DNA of 64,000 nucleotides from Dehalococcoidia bacterium (GTDB taxonomy: Bacteria; Actinomycetota; Acidimicrobiia; Acidimicrobiales; MedAcidi-G1). The stretch lies in the NCBI GenBank assembly GCA_002699555.1, contig PABN01000042.1:374-64373 (forward strand), written 5' to 3'. Below are positions 10,634-20,354 of this stretch, piece after piece; the stretch's first letter is position 1; each line of letters begins with the position of its first letter. Position numbers and translations under genes: made by a program. The notes beneath the pieces were generated by a model. The model ran no database searches and was not told where the DNA came from. It saw only the letters and a list, made by a program, of their open reading frames with translations.

Positions 10634-11148
10634 TAAGGGAGTCGATCAATTAATTGATTTATCAGTCGATTTATTTCAACGGCGCAAGCATCAAATATTT
10701 CTTGATCCCCTGATGCCGGATCGACCACTTCTTCCCAAGACTCGATCTCAACTTCAGCAAGATTTAATTTCGTTACCCTTTCAACTAAAGATCCCTCTTT
10801 GGGTAAATCGCGGACGAGACGTGGAAGTGATGCTGTTCGGGATGCGACTTCTGGAAAATTTCTCCTCATCCATTCGATATGACTTGGTTCCATAGCCACG
10901 ACTAGATCTACTCCTATATGTTTTTCTCCAAATTGTGAACTTCTATGAGTGAGGTCAGACAATTCAAAACGTTCAAGTGCTTTTCTTGTTCTTTGACTCA
11001 TTGGATGTCCTTCAAGGACAAGTGTCCCAGCTCCGACTGCGACATAGTTTGGAGCTCTTTTCTCGAACATTATTCTTGCCATCACAGATCGGGCAGCGTT
11101 TCCGGTGCAAAGAAAACATATAACTGGTTTTTCTGATCGATTTTCCAT
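10633..11148 (-). CDS. Low-molecular-weight phosphotyrosine phosphatase/ArsC family protein
   Basis: P-loop CTGNAARS and C-terminal DP motif. Confidence 0.82.
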   Translation of the reverse strand: MENRSEKPVICFLCTGNAARSVMARIMFEKRAPNYVAVGAGTLVLEGHPMSQRTRKALERFELSDLTHRSSQFGEKHIGVDLVVAMEPSHIEWMRRNFPEVASRTASLPRLVRDLPKEGSLVERVTKLNLAEVEIESWEEVVDPASGDQEIFDACAVEINRLINQLIDRLP

Positions 11149-11153
11149 TACTT

Positions 11154-11798
11154 TCAGTCTGTTTTGATCCTGATAAAAAGTGCTTCAGCTTCAGCTGTAA
11201 CTTCACCATTTGCAAGACATTTAGCTTTCGCCTTGATACGCCTTCCAGTTGAGTCTTCAAGATGAGCTTCGAAACGAAGCGGTTGATCTATGGGGGTAGC
11301 TTTTCTGTAACGAATATCTAATTTCCCAGTTACAGCAGGCCCTCCTCCTGCTAGTCGGACTGCACCGCTTAACACATCATCAAAAAGTCCAGCTAAGAAT
11401 CCCCCATGGACACGGCCTTCGGGGCCTTCTCTGCATCTGTTGGTTTCCAACTCTCCAACTATCACATCTTGACCCTTATTATCCTTTTCGATTCTTACTT
11501 TTATAGGCGGAGCTAAGGGGTTTCTTTCTCCTCTGAACAGGCTGTTATCTCTTGCTTCAATGTATAAACGCTCTTTCGTGAGGTTATCGATGTCTTTTTC
11601 GTCAATTTCGTACCATCTAAGTCGAACTGATTCTCCTAGGGATTCATTCGCTGCATCCACATGTGTAATTGCTTTTTCTATCATTTCGCTTGTAGGTGCT
11701 GACTTGTGTATTTTCAGCAAAAGATCTCTTACTCGGTCAGCTAAACGTATCCCAGTTTCTCTTCCAGTTTCTGACATCTTTATCTGTCTATCTTTCAT
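11154..11798 (-). CDS. PaaI family (hotdog) thioesterase
   Basis: NPLAPP, EGPEGRVHGGFLAGLFDDVL, TGKLDIRYRKATP. Confidence 0.88.
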   Translation of the reverse strand: MKDRQIKMSETGRETGIRLADRVRDLLLKIHKSAPTSEMIEKAITHVDAANESLGESVRLRWYEIDEKDIDNLTKERLYIEARDNSLFRGERNPLAPPIKVRIEKDNKGQDVIVGELETNRCREGPEGRVHGGFLAGLFDDVLSGAVRLAGGGPAVTGKLDIRYRKATPIDQPLRFEAHLEDSTGRRIKAKAKCLANGEVTAEAEALFIRIKTD

Positions 11799-11828
11799 AT
11801 CGTTTAATTAAAATATTTTAGATTTCCG

Positions 11829-12854
11829 TTAAATCAAAGCGAGGATTTTACTCAAGCGTCGACGGTGAAATAGTGCGTCTCCCCATGTGGATGCAAGGGT
11901 CCATCCGCGTTTGAGCCATATCTGTAGATCGTGTTCGACTGTGTAGCCGATGGCGCCATGGCATTGAAGAGCTGACCTGCATGCAAGTTCAACAGCTTCG
12001 CTAGCTAAAGCTTTTGCGGCTGAGACTTCCCCTGAAACTGTGAAATTTTCTGTAGGGCTTCTTTCATTGTCTATAGCCCAGCTCGCTACTTGAACCAATG
12101 GCCTAGCAAACTCGATCGCTATTGCCATATCTGAGCAGTGGTGTTTGACCGCCTGGTTCGTTCCAACTGGTTTCCCGAACTGTTTTCTTTCTGAGACATA
12201 ACTTACTGTCATGTCTAGAAGTTTTTGGGCCACTCCTACTGCTTGTGCTGCAGCAGATAGCGCTCCACGGTTGGTCATATCTTCAATAGCATCCGGATTT
12301 TCCGAAATAAGCGTTTGTGAAGAGGGTGACCATTCAATAACACTGGTTTTATAACGCGGGTCGATCGAAGCCATGGGAGTATGCAAGATTTCCTTTGTTG
12401 AAACTACATGAAGCTCATTTTCTTTATTGAGTAAAATCATGTCAGATTTTTCAACAGAAACAACTCGTCCATCCATTGGTGCGCCAACAGTCAATTTTCT
12501 TAAACCAGTTGATGATTCTTCTAATATTTCTTGAGCCATTTCATTTTGTGCCCACCTCGCAATTAAAGGTGCCGCTACTGCTGCATGTTCGGCTACAGGC
12601 TCAGAGCAAGCGGAGCGCCCAAATTCTTCTAAAATAAAAATCAAGTCAGAACTACCCATACCTAAACCACCGAGTTTTTCGGGTATAGCAATTCCCATAA
12701 GTCCTGTTTCAGAAAGTGTTTCCCATAATCCATGAATGCACCCTGATGATGTTTCACCAGCCGATTGAAGTGCTTCTGAAGAGCACTCTTTTTCTAAAAT
12801 GGATGCAATATTGGAAGCAAATTGCTCTTGTTGTTCACTTGGTGCGAAATGCAT
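11829..12854 (-). CDS. Acyl-CoA dehydrogenase, FadE32-like (short subunit)
   Basis: ERKQFGKPVGTNQAVKH, QCHGAIGYT; short ACAD paired with a FadE31-like gene; N-terminus resembles FadE32. Confidence 0.8.
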   Translation of the reverse strand: MHFAPSEQQEQFASNIASILEKECSSEALQSAGETSSGCIHGLWETLSETGLMGIAIPEKLGGLGMGSSDLIFILEEFGRSACSEPVAEHAAVAAPLIARWAQNEMAQEILEESSTGLRKLTVGAPMDGRVVSVEKSDMILLNKENELHVVSTKEILHTPMASIDPRYKTSVIEWSPSSQTLISENPDAIEDMTNRGALSAAAQAVGVAQKLLDMTVSYVSERKQFGKPVGTNQAVKHHCSDMAIAIEFARPLVQVASWAIDNERSPTENFTVSGEVSAAKALASEAVELACRSALQCHGAIGYTVEHDLQIWLKRGWTLASTWGDALFHRRRLSKILALI

Positions 12855-12862
12855 CTGACTTC

Positions 12863-14023
12863 CTACTTTCTCGGCAATCCGAGAACTCTTTCAGCGATTA
12901 TGTTTCGCTGAATCTCATTTGTTCCTGCGTATATTGGTCCGGCCAAGGCAAATAGGTAACCCATTAACCATTCATTCTCAGAGCTTGCATCGATCCAGTC
13001 TGTTATCAGGTCAGAACGATCTCTTAAGATTCGCAGAGCAGTGGCGTGGAGTTCTACATCTAATTCTGACCAGAAGACCTTCATTATTGAAGGTTCAGAA
13101 TTTAGTGCCTCCCCCTCCAAGATTCGTGTTGCGGTCCTCTGCGCTTGCCATCGATAAGCGTGAGCTCTCATCCAAGAGTTAACGACTTCTTCCGTAAGGG
13201 TTGGATCCGGTTTTGGTTCGGTTGTTCTATGAAGGTCGACGAGTCTTTCCGCCGCTGCAGTGAAGCGACCTGGTGCTCTTAGGTTTAAACCTCGTTCATT
13301 AGATGCCGTTGACATTGCAACTTGCCAACCTTCTCCTTCTCTACCTAGAAGGTTGGAAGAATGAATACGGCAATCATCAAAGAATATTTCAGCAAATGCA
13401 GGTTCACCGTCAAGACGTTTGACTGGTCTGCGTTCTAAGCCTTCTGAGTCAGCTGGTACAAGCAGGTAGGACAAACCCTGATGCCTTTCAGAATCTGGAT
13501 CAGTTCTAACGATGCAAAATATCCAATCCGCCCATGCCCCACGGGAGCACCATGTTTTCTGACCGTTAATTACAAACCATTCATCATCTTTTTGCGCTTT
13601 TGTTTTTATTGAGGCTAAATCACTTCCAGCATCTGGCTCTGACCATCCTTGTGCCCAGATTTCTTCTCCGGATGCCATCGTTTGCAAAAAACGATTTTTC
13701 TGCTCATCAGTGCCGTAATCAAACAGGGCAGGTGCCAATAGATTAATCCCATTTGTATTAACACGTCCCGGAGCGCCTGAGTGATAATACTCTTCTTCAA
13801 AAATGAGCCATTCGGGTATACCTAAATTTCTTCCTCCATACTTTTCTGGCCATGTAACAACCGACCATCCGTTTTCAAAAAGTTTTTTTTCCCATTCTCT
13901 GTGAAGTTCAAAACCTTCTTGGGTGTCCATCGAAGGTAAGGAGGTTTTAGGAATATTTTCTTTGAGCCAGTTTCTTACTTCGATACGAAATTCTTTTTGT
14001 TCTCTTGTTGGGTCTAAATCCAT
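12863..14023 (-). CDS. Acyl-CoA dehydrogenase, FadE31-like
   Basis: MDLD...EGFELHREW, IFEEEYY..GAPGRV, QGWSEPDAGSDLAS, IYAGTNEIQRNII. Confidence 0.85.
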   Translation of the reverse strand: MDLDPTREQKEFRIEVRNWLKENIPKTSLPSMDTQEGFELHREWEKKLFENGWSVVTWPEKYGGRNLGIPEWLIFEEEYYHSGAPGRVNTNGINLLAPALFDYGTDEQKNRFLQTMASGEEIWAQGWSEPDAGSDLASIKTKAQKDDEWFVINGQKTWCSRGAWADWIFCIVRTDPDSERHQGLSYLLVPADSEGLERRPVKRLDGEPAFAEIFFDDCRIHSSNLLGREGEGWQVAMSTASNERGLNLRAPGRFTAAAERLVDLHRTTEPKPDPTLTEEVVNSWMRAHAYRWQAQRTATRILEGEALNSEPSIMKVFWSELDVELHATALRILRDRSDLITDWIDASSENEWLMGYLFALAGPIYAGTNEIQRNIIAERVLGLPRK

Positions 14024-14025
14024 CT

Positions 14026-15084
14026 TCAACTTTTCCCAAACCGGTCAAGTGAACTCATGGCTTCTTCAACAATTCTTCTCACCAGCTCTTCACTACTGGG
14101 TAATTCATTTATTGATCCAACTCCTTGACCTGTGGGTAAGATCCCAACCTCTAAATGGCCATCCACCATTGTCGCTTTTGTCAACATCGGGGCATTGGCT
14201 GCAAGGGCCACTTGACTCCAGGTTAATTTCTGAGTTTTTTTCATTCTTAAACCTTCAGTTATCAGGCTTTTAAGGGTTGTGCCGGAGAGTCGTCTAAAAC
14301 GTAAAGCATTTACTAGAGCTATGGGGAAAGCGAGTAAACGAGCCTTTTCAAGTCTTTCAACCATTTTGTTGGAGATAACTCTTTGTGGTGCACCATCAAT
14401 TGCTTTAGTAACGACTGTCTGGGTTGATGAAGTCGAAAGATACACATTTTTTACATTCTCAGGAACTTCACTTTCACTTGTTAAAAGAAATCTAGTTCCC
14501 ATTGCTATTCCAGAAGCCCCCCATGCCAAAGCAGCTGCTAGTCCTCTTCCGTCTGTAAATCCTCCTGCTGCAATTACAGGAATTTTGACTGAGTCAATCA
14601 CTTGAGGTATTAAAAGTGAAGTCGGAATGATACCTGTATGACCTCCTCCTTCAGAGCCTTGTGCGATAACTGCATCAACACCTAACTCAGCTACCTTTTC
14701 TGCATGTCGCGCTGCCCCAACGGTAGGTATAACTATCACACCTGCTTCTTTTAGACGCTCAACTATTCGTTTCGTAGGTGCTTGTGCAAATGAAGCTACT
14801 GGAACTTGGGAGTCGATTAAATGTTCAACTCGTGATTCAATATCAAAGGCGTCTGTTCTAAGATTAACGCCAAAAGGGTTATCTGTATTCTTTCTAATTT
14901 CTTCAATTGCGTTAACCATTTCATCAAAAGTCAATGTTGCGGCTGCGAGTATTCCAAGAGCGCCAGCTTGACAGGTAGCTATAACTAAACTCGGACCTGC
15001 TACCCAACCCATACCGGTTTGAACTATCGGGTATTTAACTCCAGTTAGTTCACAAAAATTCGTATTTAATCTCTTATCGCTCAT
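14026..15084 (-). CDS. ipdC: HIP-CoA pathway enoyl-CoA reductase (NMO/2-nitropropane dioxygenase family)
   Basis: PIVQTGMGWVAG, EGGGHTG, AANAPML; adjacent to ipdAB. Confidence 0.85.
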   Translation of the reverse strand: MSDKRLNTNFCELTGVKYPIVQTGMGWVAGPSLVIATCQAGALGILAAATLTFDEMVNAIEEIRKNTDNPFGVNLRTDAFDIESRVEHLIDSQVPVASFAQAPTKRIVERLKEAGVIVIPTVGAARHAEKVAELGVDAVIAQGSEGGGHTGIIPTSLLIPQVIDSVKIPVIAAGGFTDGRGLAAALAWGASGIAMGTRFLLTSESEVPENVKNVYLSTSSTQTVVTKAIDGAPQRVISNKMVERLEKARLLAFPIALVNALRFRRLSGTTLKSLITEGLRMKKTQKLTWSQVALAANAPMLTKATMVDGHLEVGILPTGQGVGSINELPSSEELVRRIVEEAMSSLDRFGKS

Positions 15085-15848
15085 TTTTTAACAAATTCTG
15101 ACTTGCGTAAACCATGCGGATCAATTACTTCTCTGATGAGTTTTAGTTCTTCTTTTGTAGGCATTCGGGTCTCTTCAATTTTGTCTGGTACTAGCAATTC
15201 AAATCCGGTAGCGGCAATTATCTCTTCAACTGTCACATCAGGATGATTAGAAACTAGCTGCATACGTTTCTCTGAATTTGAGAAATTAAAAACACCTAGA
15301 TTTGAAACGACTTTACGGATTTCGTGGTTCTGCTGTATTTCATTCGAAAGCTTAGAGACCCTGTCATATCCTGGACCTGACACAATGTCGACTTTTTGAA
15401 CAAAACTACGAGTGGAATGATTTGGTATCCAATAACTTGTCGTGTTGTTTACTAGGTTTCCTGGAGCTCCGCGTAGTCCTAGGAGTTGAGCTTTAGGTTT
15501 TTTCCAGTCTCCGATTGCAGCAAAATTTTGATTACCGTGCGGATCTATCTGACTTGCACCCATTACTATATGGCGGCGACCTGACCAAACAATGTCGAAA
15601 AGATCTCTATACGGCATCCATGCTTCCACTAATTTTTCTGCATTTGGTTCGCCAATAGGAATGGTATTTGCAGCCAGAACAGAGACTGTATCTGTCATTA
15701 CCATTGCGGGTTCAAATGTGGCTTTAGCTAAACGTCCTGCTATCACAGGAATATTCCCTATGGGATTGCATAGGATCTCGCCATCTCCTCGAAAACTGTC
15801 AGCAATTGCAGTGACACATACTTCATCGATCGTTGCATCATTAGCCAT
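15081..15848 (-). CDS. ipdB: Steroid ring-cleaving hydrolase beta subunit (CoA-transferase fold)
   Basis: FRGDGEIL, GRRHIVMGASQID..GNQN, LGLRGAPGN, SYWIPNHS. Confidence 0.9.
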   Translation of the reverse strand: MANDATIDEVCVTAIADSFRGDGEILCNPIGNIPVIAGRLAKATFEPAMVMTDTVSVLAANTIPIGEPNAEKLVEAWMPYRDLFDIVWSGRRHIVMGASQIDPHGNQNFAAIGDWKKPKAQLLGLRGAPGNLVNNTTSYWIPNHSTRSFVQKVDIVSGPGYDRVSKLSNEIQQNHEIRKVVSNLGVFNFSNSEKRMQLVSNHPDVTVEEIIAATGFELLVPDKIEETRMPTKEELKLIREVIDPHGLRKSEFVKK

Positions 15849-16734
15849 TTTGACTCTCCTCTAATTGAGTTCTTGAGTCAACTGCTTTTAGATATTCCTG
15901 GTGGCTAGCTACTTCTAAGTATTTTTGTTTAAAGTTTTCCCAACTTTGGAGATCTTTAGCGCTGGCAGCATACTCGCTTTGGAAAACCTCATCTCTATCG
16001 TAATCGGGAGGACATTCAGTGAAGTGAGCTCCTCTTGGCGCTTCTATTACACCGTTGACAAACAATCTTGGAATTTTAAGAGTGTGGACACTTCCTTCTT
16101 TCAGAAAGTCTTCGGTAGGGATTATCTTTTCACAACTCATAAACGTACATTTGGCTGCTTTTGCGAAAAGGTCGTCAAAATACAAATCTGGACCTAAGAA
16201 TTGTCCATTTCCCTGAGAGTCAGCTCTGTTCATATGTATAAGTGATACGTCGAGGTTTAAAGCAGGTATCGCTACTAATTCTTCACCTTTTTCCCCATCG
16301 CTTGATTTGTAGGGAGATTCGATTGTCTTTATGTCAGGGTTCATCATGAGCATGTCGCTACCCATGCCAGCTCTTGTTGGATAAAAAGGCATACGATGTG
16401 CTGCAGCTAGTAACCCTAAATAAAAAGCACCTTCATCCAGTTCACTAGTTTCGATAGTTCCTTCTTGTTTGGCGTTTCTGAAATGAGGTTCTAGGGGTAT
16501 TGAATCAAGTGAAACGAAACCATAAATAGCTTTACGTATCTTTCCTGTAGCACAGAGCAAACCTATATCTGGACCTCCATAACTAACAATTGTTAGATCT
16601 TTCAAATCACTACGTGCTATTGCCCGAACCAGAGACATAGGTTTTCGACGTGACCCCCAACCACCTATCCCTATAGTCATGCCATCAGATAGTTCTTCGA
16701 TGACTTCCTTTTCGGTCATTTTTTTGTCAATCAC
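15841..16734 (-). CDS. ipdA: Steroid ring-cleaving hydrolase alpha subunit
   Basis: GMTIGIGGWGSRRKPMSLV, FVSLDSIPLEP, ELDEG, HFTEC.PDY. Start moved to GTG 16734 (TAGCGT box 7 nt upstream); the longer track ORF overlaps the divergent SDR. Confidence 0.9.
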   Translation of the reverse strand: MIDKKMTEKEVIEELSDGMTIGIGGWGSRRKPMSLVRAIARSDLKDLTIVSYGGPDIGLLCATGKIRKAIYGFVSLDSIPLEPHFRNAKQEGTIETSELDEGAFYLGLLAAAHRMPFYPTRAGMGSDMLMMNPDIKTIESPYKSSDGEKGEELVAIPALNLDVSLIHMNRADSQGNGQFLGPDLYFDDLFAKAAKCTFMSCEKIIPTEDFLKEGSVHTLKIPRLFVNGVIEAPRGAHFTECPPDYDRDEVFQSEYAASAKDLQSWENFKQKYLEVASHQEYLKAVDSRTQLEESQNG

Positions 16735-16789
16735 AACTTCAACGCTAGAGCAACCCACGCTATGCAACGACCTGAGATACTCTTCTAGT

Positions 16790-17605
16790 GTGAATATCTC
16801 TATGGATAAAGCTAAATTCCTTGATTTTGAGGGTAAAACGGTAATTGTTACCGGAGGGACTCGGGGTCTTGGACGAGTTATTTCAGAATCTTTTCTAGAT
16901 GCTGGAGCAAATGTTGTTACATGTGCGCGCAATGCGCCAGAGAAGCCAATTTTCTCTGAATTGACTGACAAAGAAGCTGTTTATTTTGAAACTGATGTAA
17001 GAGAGCCTGAAAAAGTTGAATCTTTTATTTCTGAAGTTGTTCAACAATTTGGCCGCATCGATGTACTTATAAACAATGCTGGAGGCGCCCCTTCAGTTGA
17101 ATCTTCAGATGCTTCACCTCGGTTCAATGAAAAAGTTGTTTCATTGAACCTTCTAGCTTCTATGCACTGCTGCCAATCTGTATTCCCTGTGATGGCTGAA
17201 CAAGAAGGCAACGGTGTCATAATAAATATCTCTTCAGTCAGTGGGAGTAGGCCCAATCCTGGAGGGATGGCTTACGGAGCTGCTAAGGCTGGTTTGGATA
17301 ATTTAAGCAAAACTTTAGCTCATGAGTGGAGCCCAAAAATACGCGTTCTAACCTTGGCGGTTGGACTGATAGAAACTGATGAATCGTCTGACTTTTACGG
17401 TGATGACGAAAAACGTTTGAAGCTCGCTAATCACCTGGCTATGAAGCGTCTGGGGAAACCCGAAGAAATCGCTGATATGTGCATGGTGCTGGCTTCACCT
17501 TTGGCTCGTTGGATGACTGGAACCACTGTTGAGGTTCATGGAGGTGGAGAGAGTCCTTTCTATTTGAAAGAAATCTTCAATACGAATATTGAAGAAAACT
17601 CTTAA
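16790..17605 (+). CDS. SDR oxidoreductase (Rv3549c-like)
   Basis: TGGTRGLG, NNAGGAP, YGAAKAG. Start placed at GTG 16790 (TACTCT box 6 nt upstream); ATG 16802 is the alternative. Confidence 0.85.
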   Translation: MNISMDKAKFLDFEGKTVIVTGGTRGLGRVISESFLDAGANVVTCARNAPEKPIFSELTDKEAVYFETDVREPEKVESFISEVVQQFGRIDVLINNAGGAPSVESSDASPRFNEKVVSLNLLASMHCCQSVFPVMAEQEGNGVIINISSVSGSRPNPGGMAYGAAKAGLDNLSKTLAHEWSPKIRVLTLAVGLIETDESSDFYGDDEKRLKLANHLAMKRLGKPEEIADMCMVLASPLARWMTGTTVEVHGGGESPFYLKEIFNTNIEENS

Positions 17606-17620
17606 TATTTTTAAATAAAA

Positions 17621-18550
17621 ATGGCTCCCACCTTTATTACTGAAGAATCGCCAACCTACGGGATTGTGCAATCTGTTTCGCCGATGGTCAGGAGGGTCGT
17701 TGCAAAAAATCCTTCTAAATTCACTTATCACGGAACAGGTACTTACATCATTGGAGATCCAGATGGGAGCGAACTGGCTGTAATCGACCCAGGCCCCCGT
17801 GACGATGCGCATCTGGCTGCCCTTTTAGATGCCATAGGAAACAAAAATGTGAGTCATATTTTAGTGACACACACACACCCTGATCACTCACCTGCAGCAA
17901 CTAGCCTGTCTGAAATAACTTCAGCTCCGACATATGGGTTCGGAAAACATCCACTGGCAGATACTAAAGCATTTGATGATCTTGACGAGGCGCAGCAGGC
18001 TGACCTTGAAGGTAGAGGTGATACAGATTTTGTTCCTGATGTTGAAATTGGAAACGGTGATGTGGTCGTAGGTGAAGGTTTTACTTTTGAAGCTCTTCAC
18101 ACACCGGGGCACATATCCAACCATTTATGTTTTTCTTTGGAAGAGGAATCTACTTTGTTTACTGGCGATCATGTTATGGGATGGTCAACGACTGTGATTC
18201 CAGCTCCAGACGGAAATCTCTCTCATTATCTTTCTAATTTACGCCGCCTTCTTGAACGTTCTGAAATGATTTATCGCCCTACTCATGGTCCCGCTATTGA
18301 GGATCCTCTTCCTTTTGTTAATTCTCTGATCGAGCACCGCGAAGAACGTACTACTCAAATAATTGCCGCTATTAATAAGGAACCTAAGACAGTTAAGGAA
18401 TTAGTTAACGATATATATTCTGACGTTGATGAAAGCCTTCACAAGGCAGCTGGTAGTTCTGTGTTCGCTCATCTATTGGACCTTGCTCGTATTGGTGTTG
18501 TCTCAGCTGAGCCTGATTTCGACATGAACGCTCAGTGGAGAGTTAAATAA
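17621..18550 (+). CDS. MBL-fold metallo-hydrolase with C-terminal winged helix (LACTB2-like)
   Basis: NPSKFTYHGT, THTHPDH, TPGHISNH, GDHVMGWST, PTHG. Confidence 0.9.
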   Translation: MAPTFITEESPTYGIVQSVSPMVRRVVAKNPSKFTYHGTGTYIIGDPDGSELAVIDPGPRDDAHLAALLDAIGNKNVSHILVTHTHPDHSPAATSLSEITSAPTYGFGKHPLADTKAFDDLDEAQQADLEGRGDTDFVPDVEIGNGDVVVGEGFTFEALHTPGHISNHLCFSLEEESTLFTGDHVMGWSTTVIPAPDGNLSHYLSNLRRLLERSEMIYRPTHGPAIEDPLPFVNSLIEHREERTTQIIAAINKEPKTVKELVNDIYSDVDESLHKAAGSSVFAHLLDLARIGVVSAEPDFDMNAQWRVK

Positions 18551-18556
18551 GAAAAT

Positions 18557-19342
18557 CTAGGGGTGCTGGCTTGAAACTGAAATGACTTCGCCTGTCATGT
18601 AGGAAGAGTAATCGCTAGCTAAAAAAACCATTACATTTGCTACTTCCCAGGGTTCCGCAGCGCGGCCTAGGGCTTCTTGCTCTATCAGAGAATCTATTAG
18701 CTCTTGGTTGCTGGATTTTGCAAGGTTTGGATGCATAGCCAAACTCGGTGCTACACAATTAACTCGTATGTCATATTCTGCTGCTTCGATAGCAACACAT
18801 CGTGTAAGCGCCATGACACCTGCTTTTGCTGCCGCGTAGTGAGACTGGCCTGCTTGTGCACGCCATCCTAAAACCGAAGCATTGTTTACTATCACGCCTG
18901 CGTTTTTCTCTTGCATTTTTTTCAATGCAGCTCTTGTGCAGCGCATTGTTCCATTTAGTGTCACATCAATTACTCGCGACCATTCTTCATCATTCATTTC
19001 GACTAACAGGCTTTGAGCTCCTAAACCTGCATTATTGATTAAGACATCGAGTTGTCCGTATTCTTCTATTGTTTTGTCAAACAAATTTTGCACTTGTTGT
19101 TCTTTTGTTACATCACACACAATTGAAAGAGGTCTCTCTCCATTGATCTGGCCTAATGCATCACAGGTGGCCTCAAGTCTTTTTTCATGAACATCGGAAA
19201 TAATTACAGTGGCTCCTTCTTCAATGCAGCGTCGTGCCACTGCGGAACCAATTCCAGTTCCCGCAGCAGCGGTTACAACCACTACCTTCTCTTCTAAGAG
19301 ATGGTGGCTTTCGACATAATTTGGAGGGTTTTTAGTTGCCAT
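18557..19342 (-). CDS. ipdF: HIP-CoA pathway SDR oxidoreductase
   Basis: Characteristic VVTAAAGTGIG, LGWRAQAGQSHYAAAKAG, SYMTGEVISVSSQHP. Confidence 0.88.
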   Translation of the reverse strand: MATKNPPNYVESHHLLEEKVVVVTAAAGTGIGSAVARRCIEEGATVIISDVHEKRLEATCDALGQINGERPLSIVCDVTKEQQVQNLFDKTIEEYGQLDVLINNAGLGAQSLLVEMNDEEWSRVIDVTLNGTMRCTRAALKKMQEKNAGVIVNNASVLGWRAQAGQSHYAAAKAGVMALTRCVAIEAAEYDIRVNCVAPSLAMHPNLAKSSNQELIDSLIEQEALGRAAEPWEVANVMVFLASDYSSYMTGEVISVSSQHP

Positions 19343-19360
19343 AATCAGATCTTAGATCAA

Positions 19361-20275
19361 CTAAGCATTGCCCTGTTCTGTCTTTTCAGCCATTTCTTTC
19401 ATCCGTCTCTCCAAATCTGCAAACAATGGGAGTTCTTCAACTCCTATATCAGTATTTAATCGTTCAACTATTTCCTCGAATGTAAAAGCTTCTCCGTCGT
19501 TAGCAGTCATTTCCCTTATTTCAGCAGGTTGATTCCATACCGCTATTCGCTTTCCCGTGCATGTATATATCTGTGCTGTTATATCTTTAGCTGCATCTGA
19601 CAGCAAAAATGCTGCTAGTGGTGCAATATCTTCTGGTGCTCCTGCTTCTATTTCAAAAGGAACATTTTCTGACATTCGGGTCATTGCAGCAGGTGCTATA
19701 CAGTTTGCATTCACTCCATATCTCTTTAGAGCGAAAGCTGCACTTTTTGTAAGAGATATGACTCCGCCTTTTGCGGCTGAATAGTTTGGTTGAGCTGTTG
19801 AAGCAACAAAAGCTCCTGAGGTAAAACCAAGGATACTTCCCCCTCCTTCTTGTTTACGCATTACAGCAGAGGCTGCTCTGTACACATTGAAATGACCTCT
19901 GAGATGGACTCTCACGACATCGTCGAATTCTTCATCTGTCATATTAAACAGCATTCTTTCGCGCAGAATTCCTGCAGCGCATGCAACTCCGTCGATTCGC
20001 CCCCAGGCTTCAATAGCGGTTTCAACTATTCGTTGGCCTACTTCTGATTCTGAAACATCACCAGCTACAGCAATTGCGTTTCCACCTGATTCCTTAATTT
20101 GATTCACTACCTCATCAGCCACAGCGCTTGAAGGGGCAGAACCATCTAGCTCCACTCCGTAGTCAGCAACAACTACATTTGCTCCTTCTTTTGCGCAGAG
20201 AATGGCGACAGAACGTCCAATTCCATTTCCGGCTCCTGTTACTGCAATGTTTTTACCTGAAAGATGACCAGCCAC
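19361..20275 (-). CDS. SDR oxidoreductase (Rv3548c/MFE-2-like)
   Basis: TGAGNGIG, AGILRERMLFNM, VHLRGHF, YSAAKGG; GTG 20275 preceded by AAGGAGG RBS. Confidence 0.85.
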   Translation of the reverse strand: MAGHLSGKNIAVTGAGNGIGRSVAILCAKEGANVVVADYGVELDGSAPSSAVADEVVNQIKESGGNAIAVAGDVSESEVGQRIVETAIEAWGRIDGVACAAGILRERMLFNMTDEEFDDVVRVHLRGHFNVYRAASAVMRKQEGGGSILGFTSGAFVASTAQPNYSAAKGGVISLTKSAAFALKRYGVNANCIAPAAMTRMSENVPFEIEAGAPEDIAPLAAFLLSDAAKDITAQIYTCTGKRIAVWNQPAEIREMTANDGEAFTFEEIVERLNTDIGVEELPLFADLERRMKEMAEKTEQGNA

Positions 20276-20354
20276 TTTTCCTCCTTGAATATTTTTTAAC
20301 AAAAGTTATGCGGCGACACTATCGGAGATCGCCTAATCGGCCTATCGTCGGAGA

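Noticed and set aside
16679-16971. Apparent 290-nt head-to-head overlap of ipdA and the SDR
   Set aside because: Artefact of longest-ORF calling; homology and -10 boxes place the starts at 16734 and 16790.
20303-20354. Short repeats CTATCG/CTAATCG and TCGGAGA in the divergent promoter
   Set aside because: Too short and irregular to call an operator; one copy is simply the -10 box.
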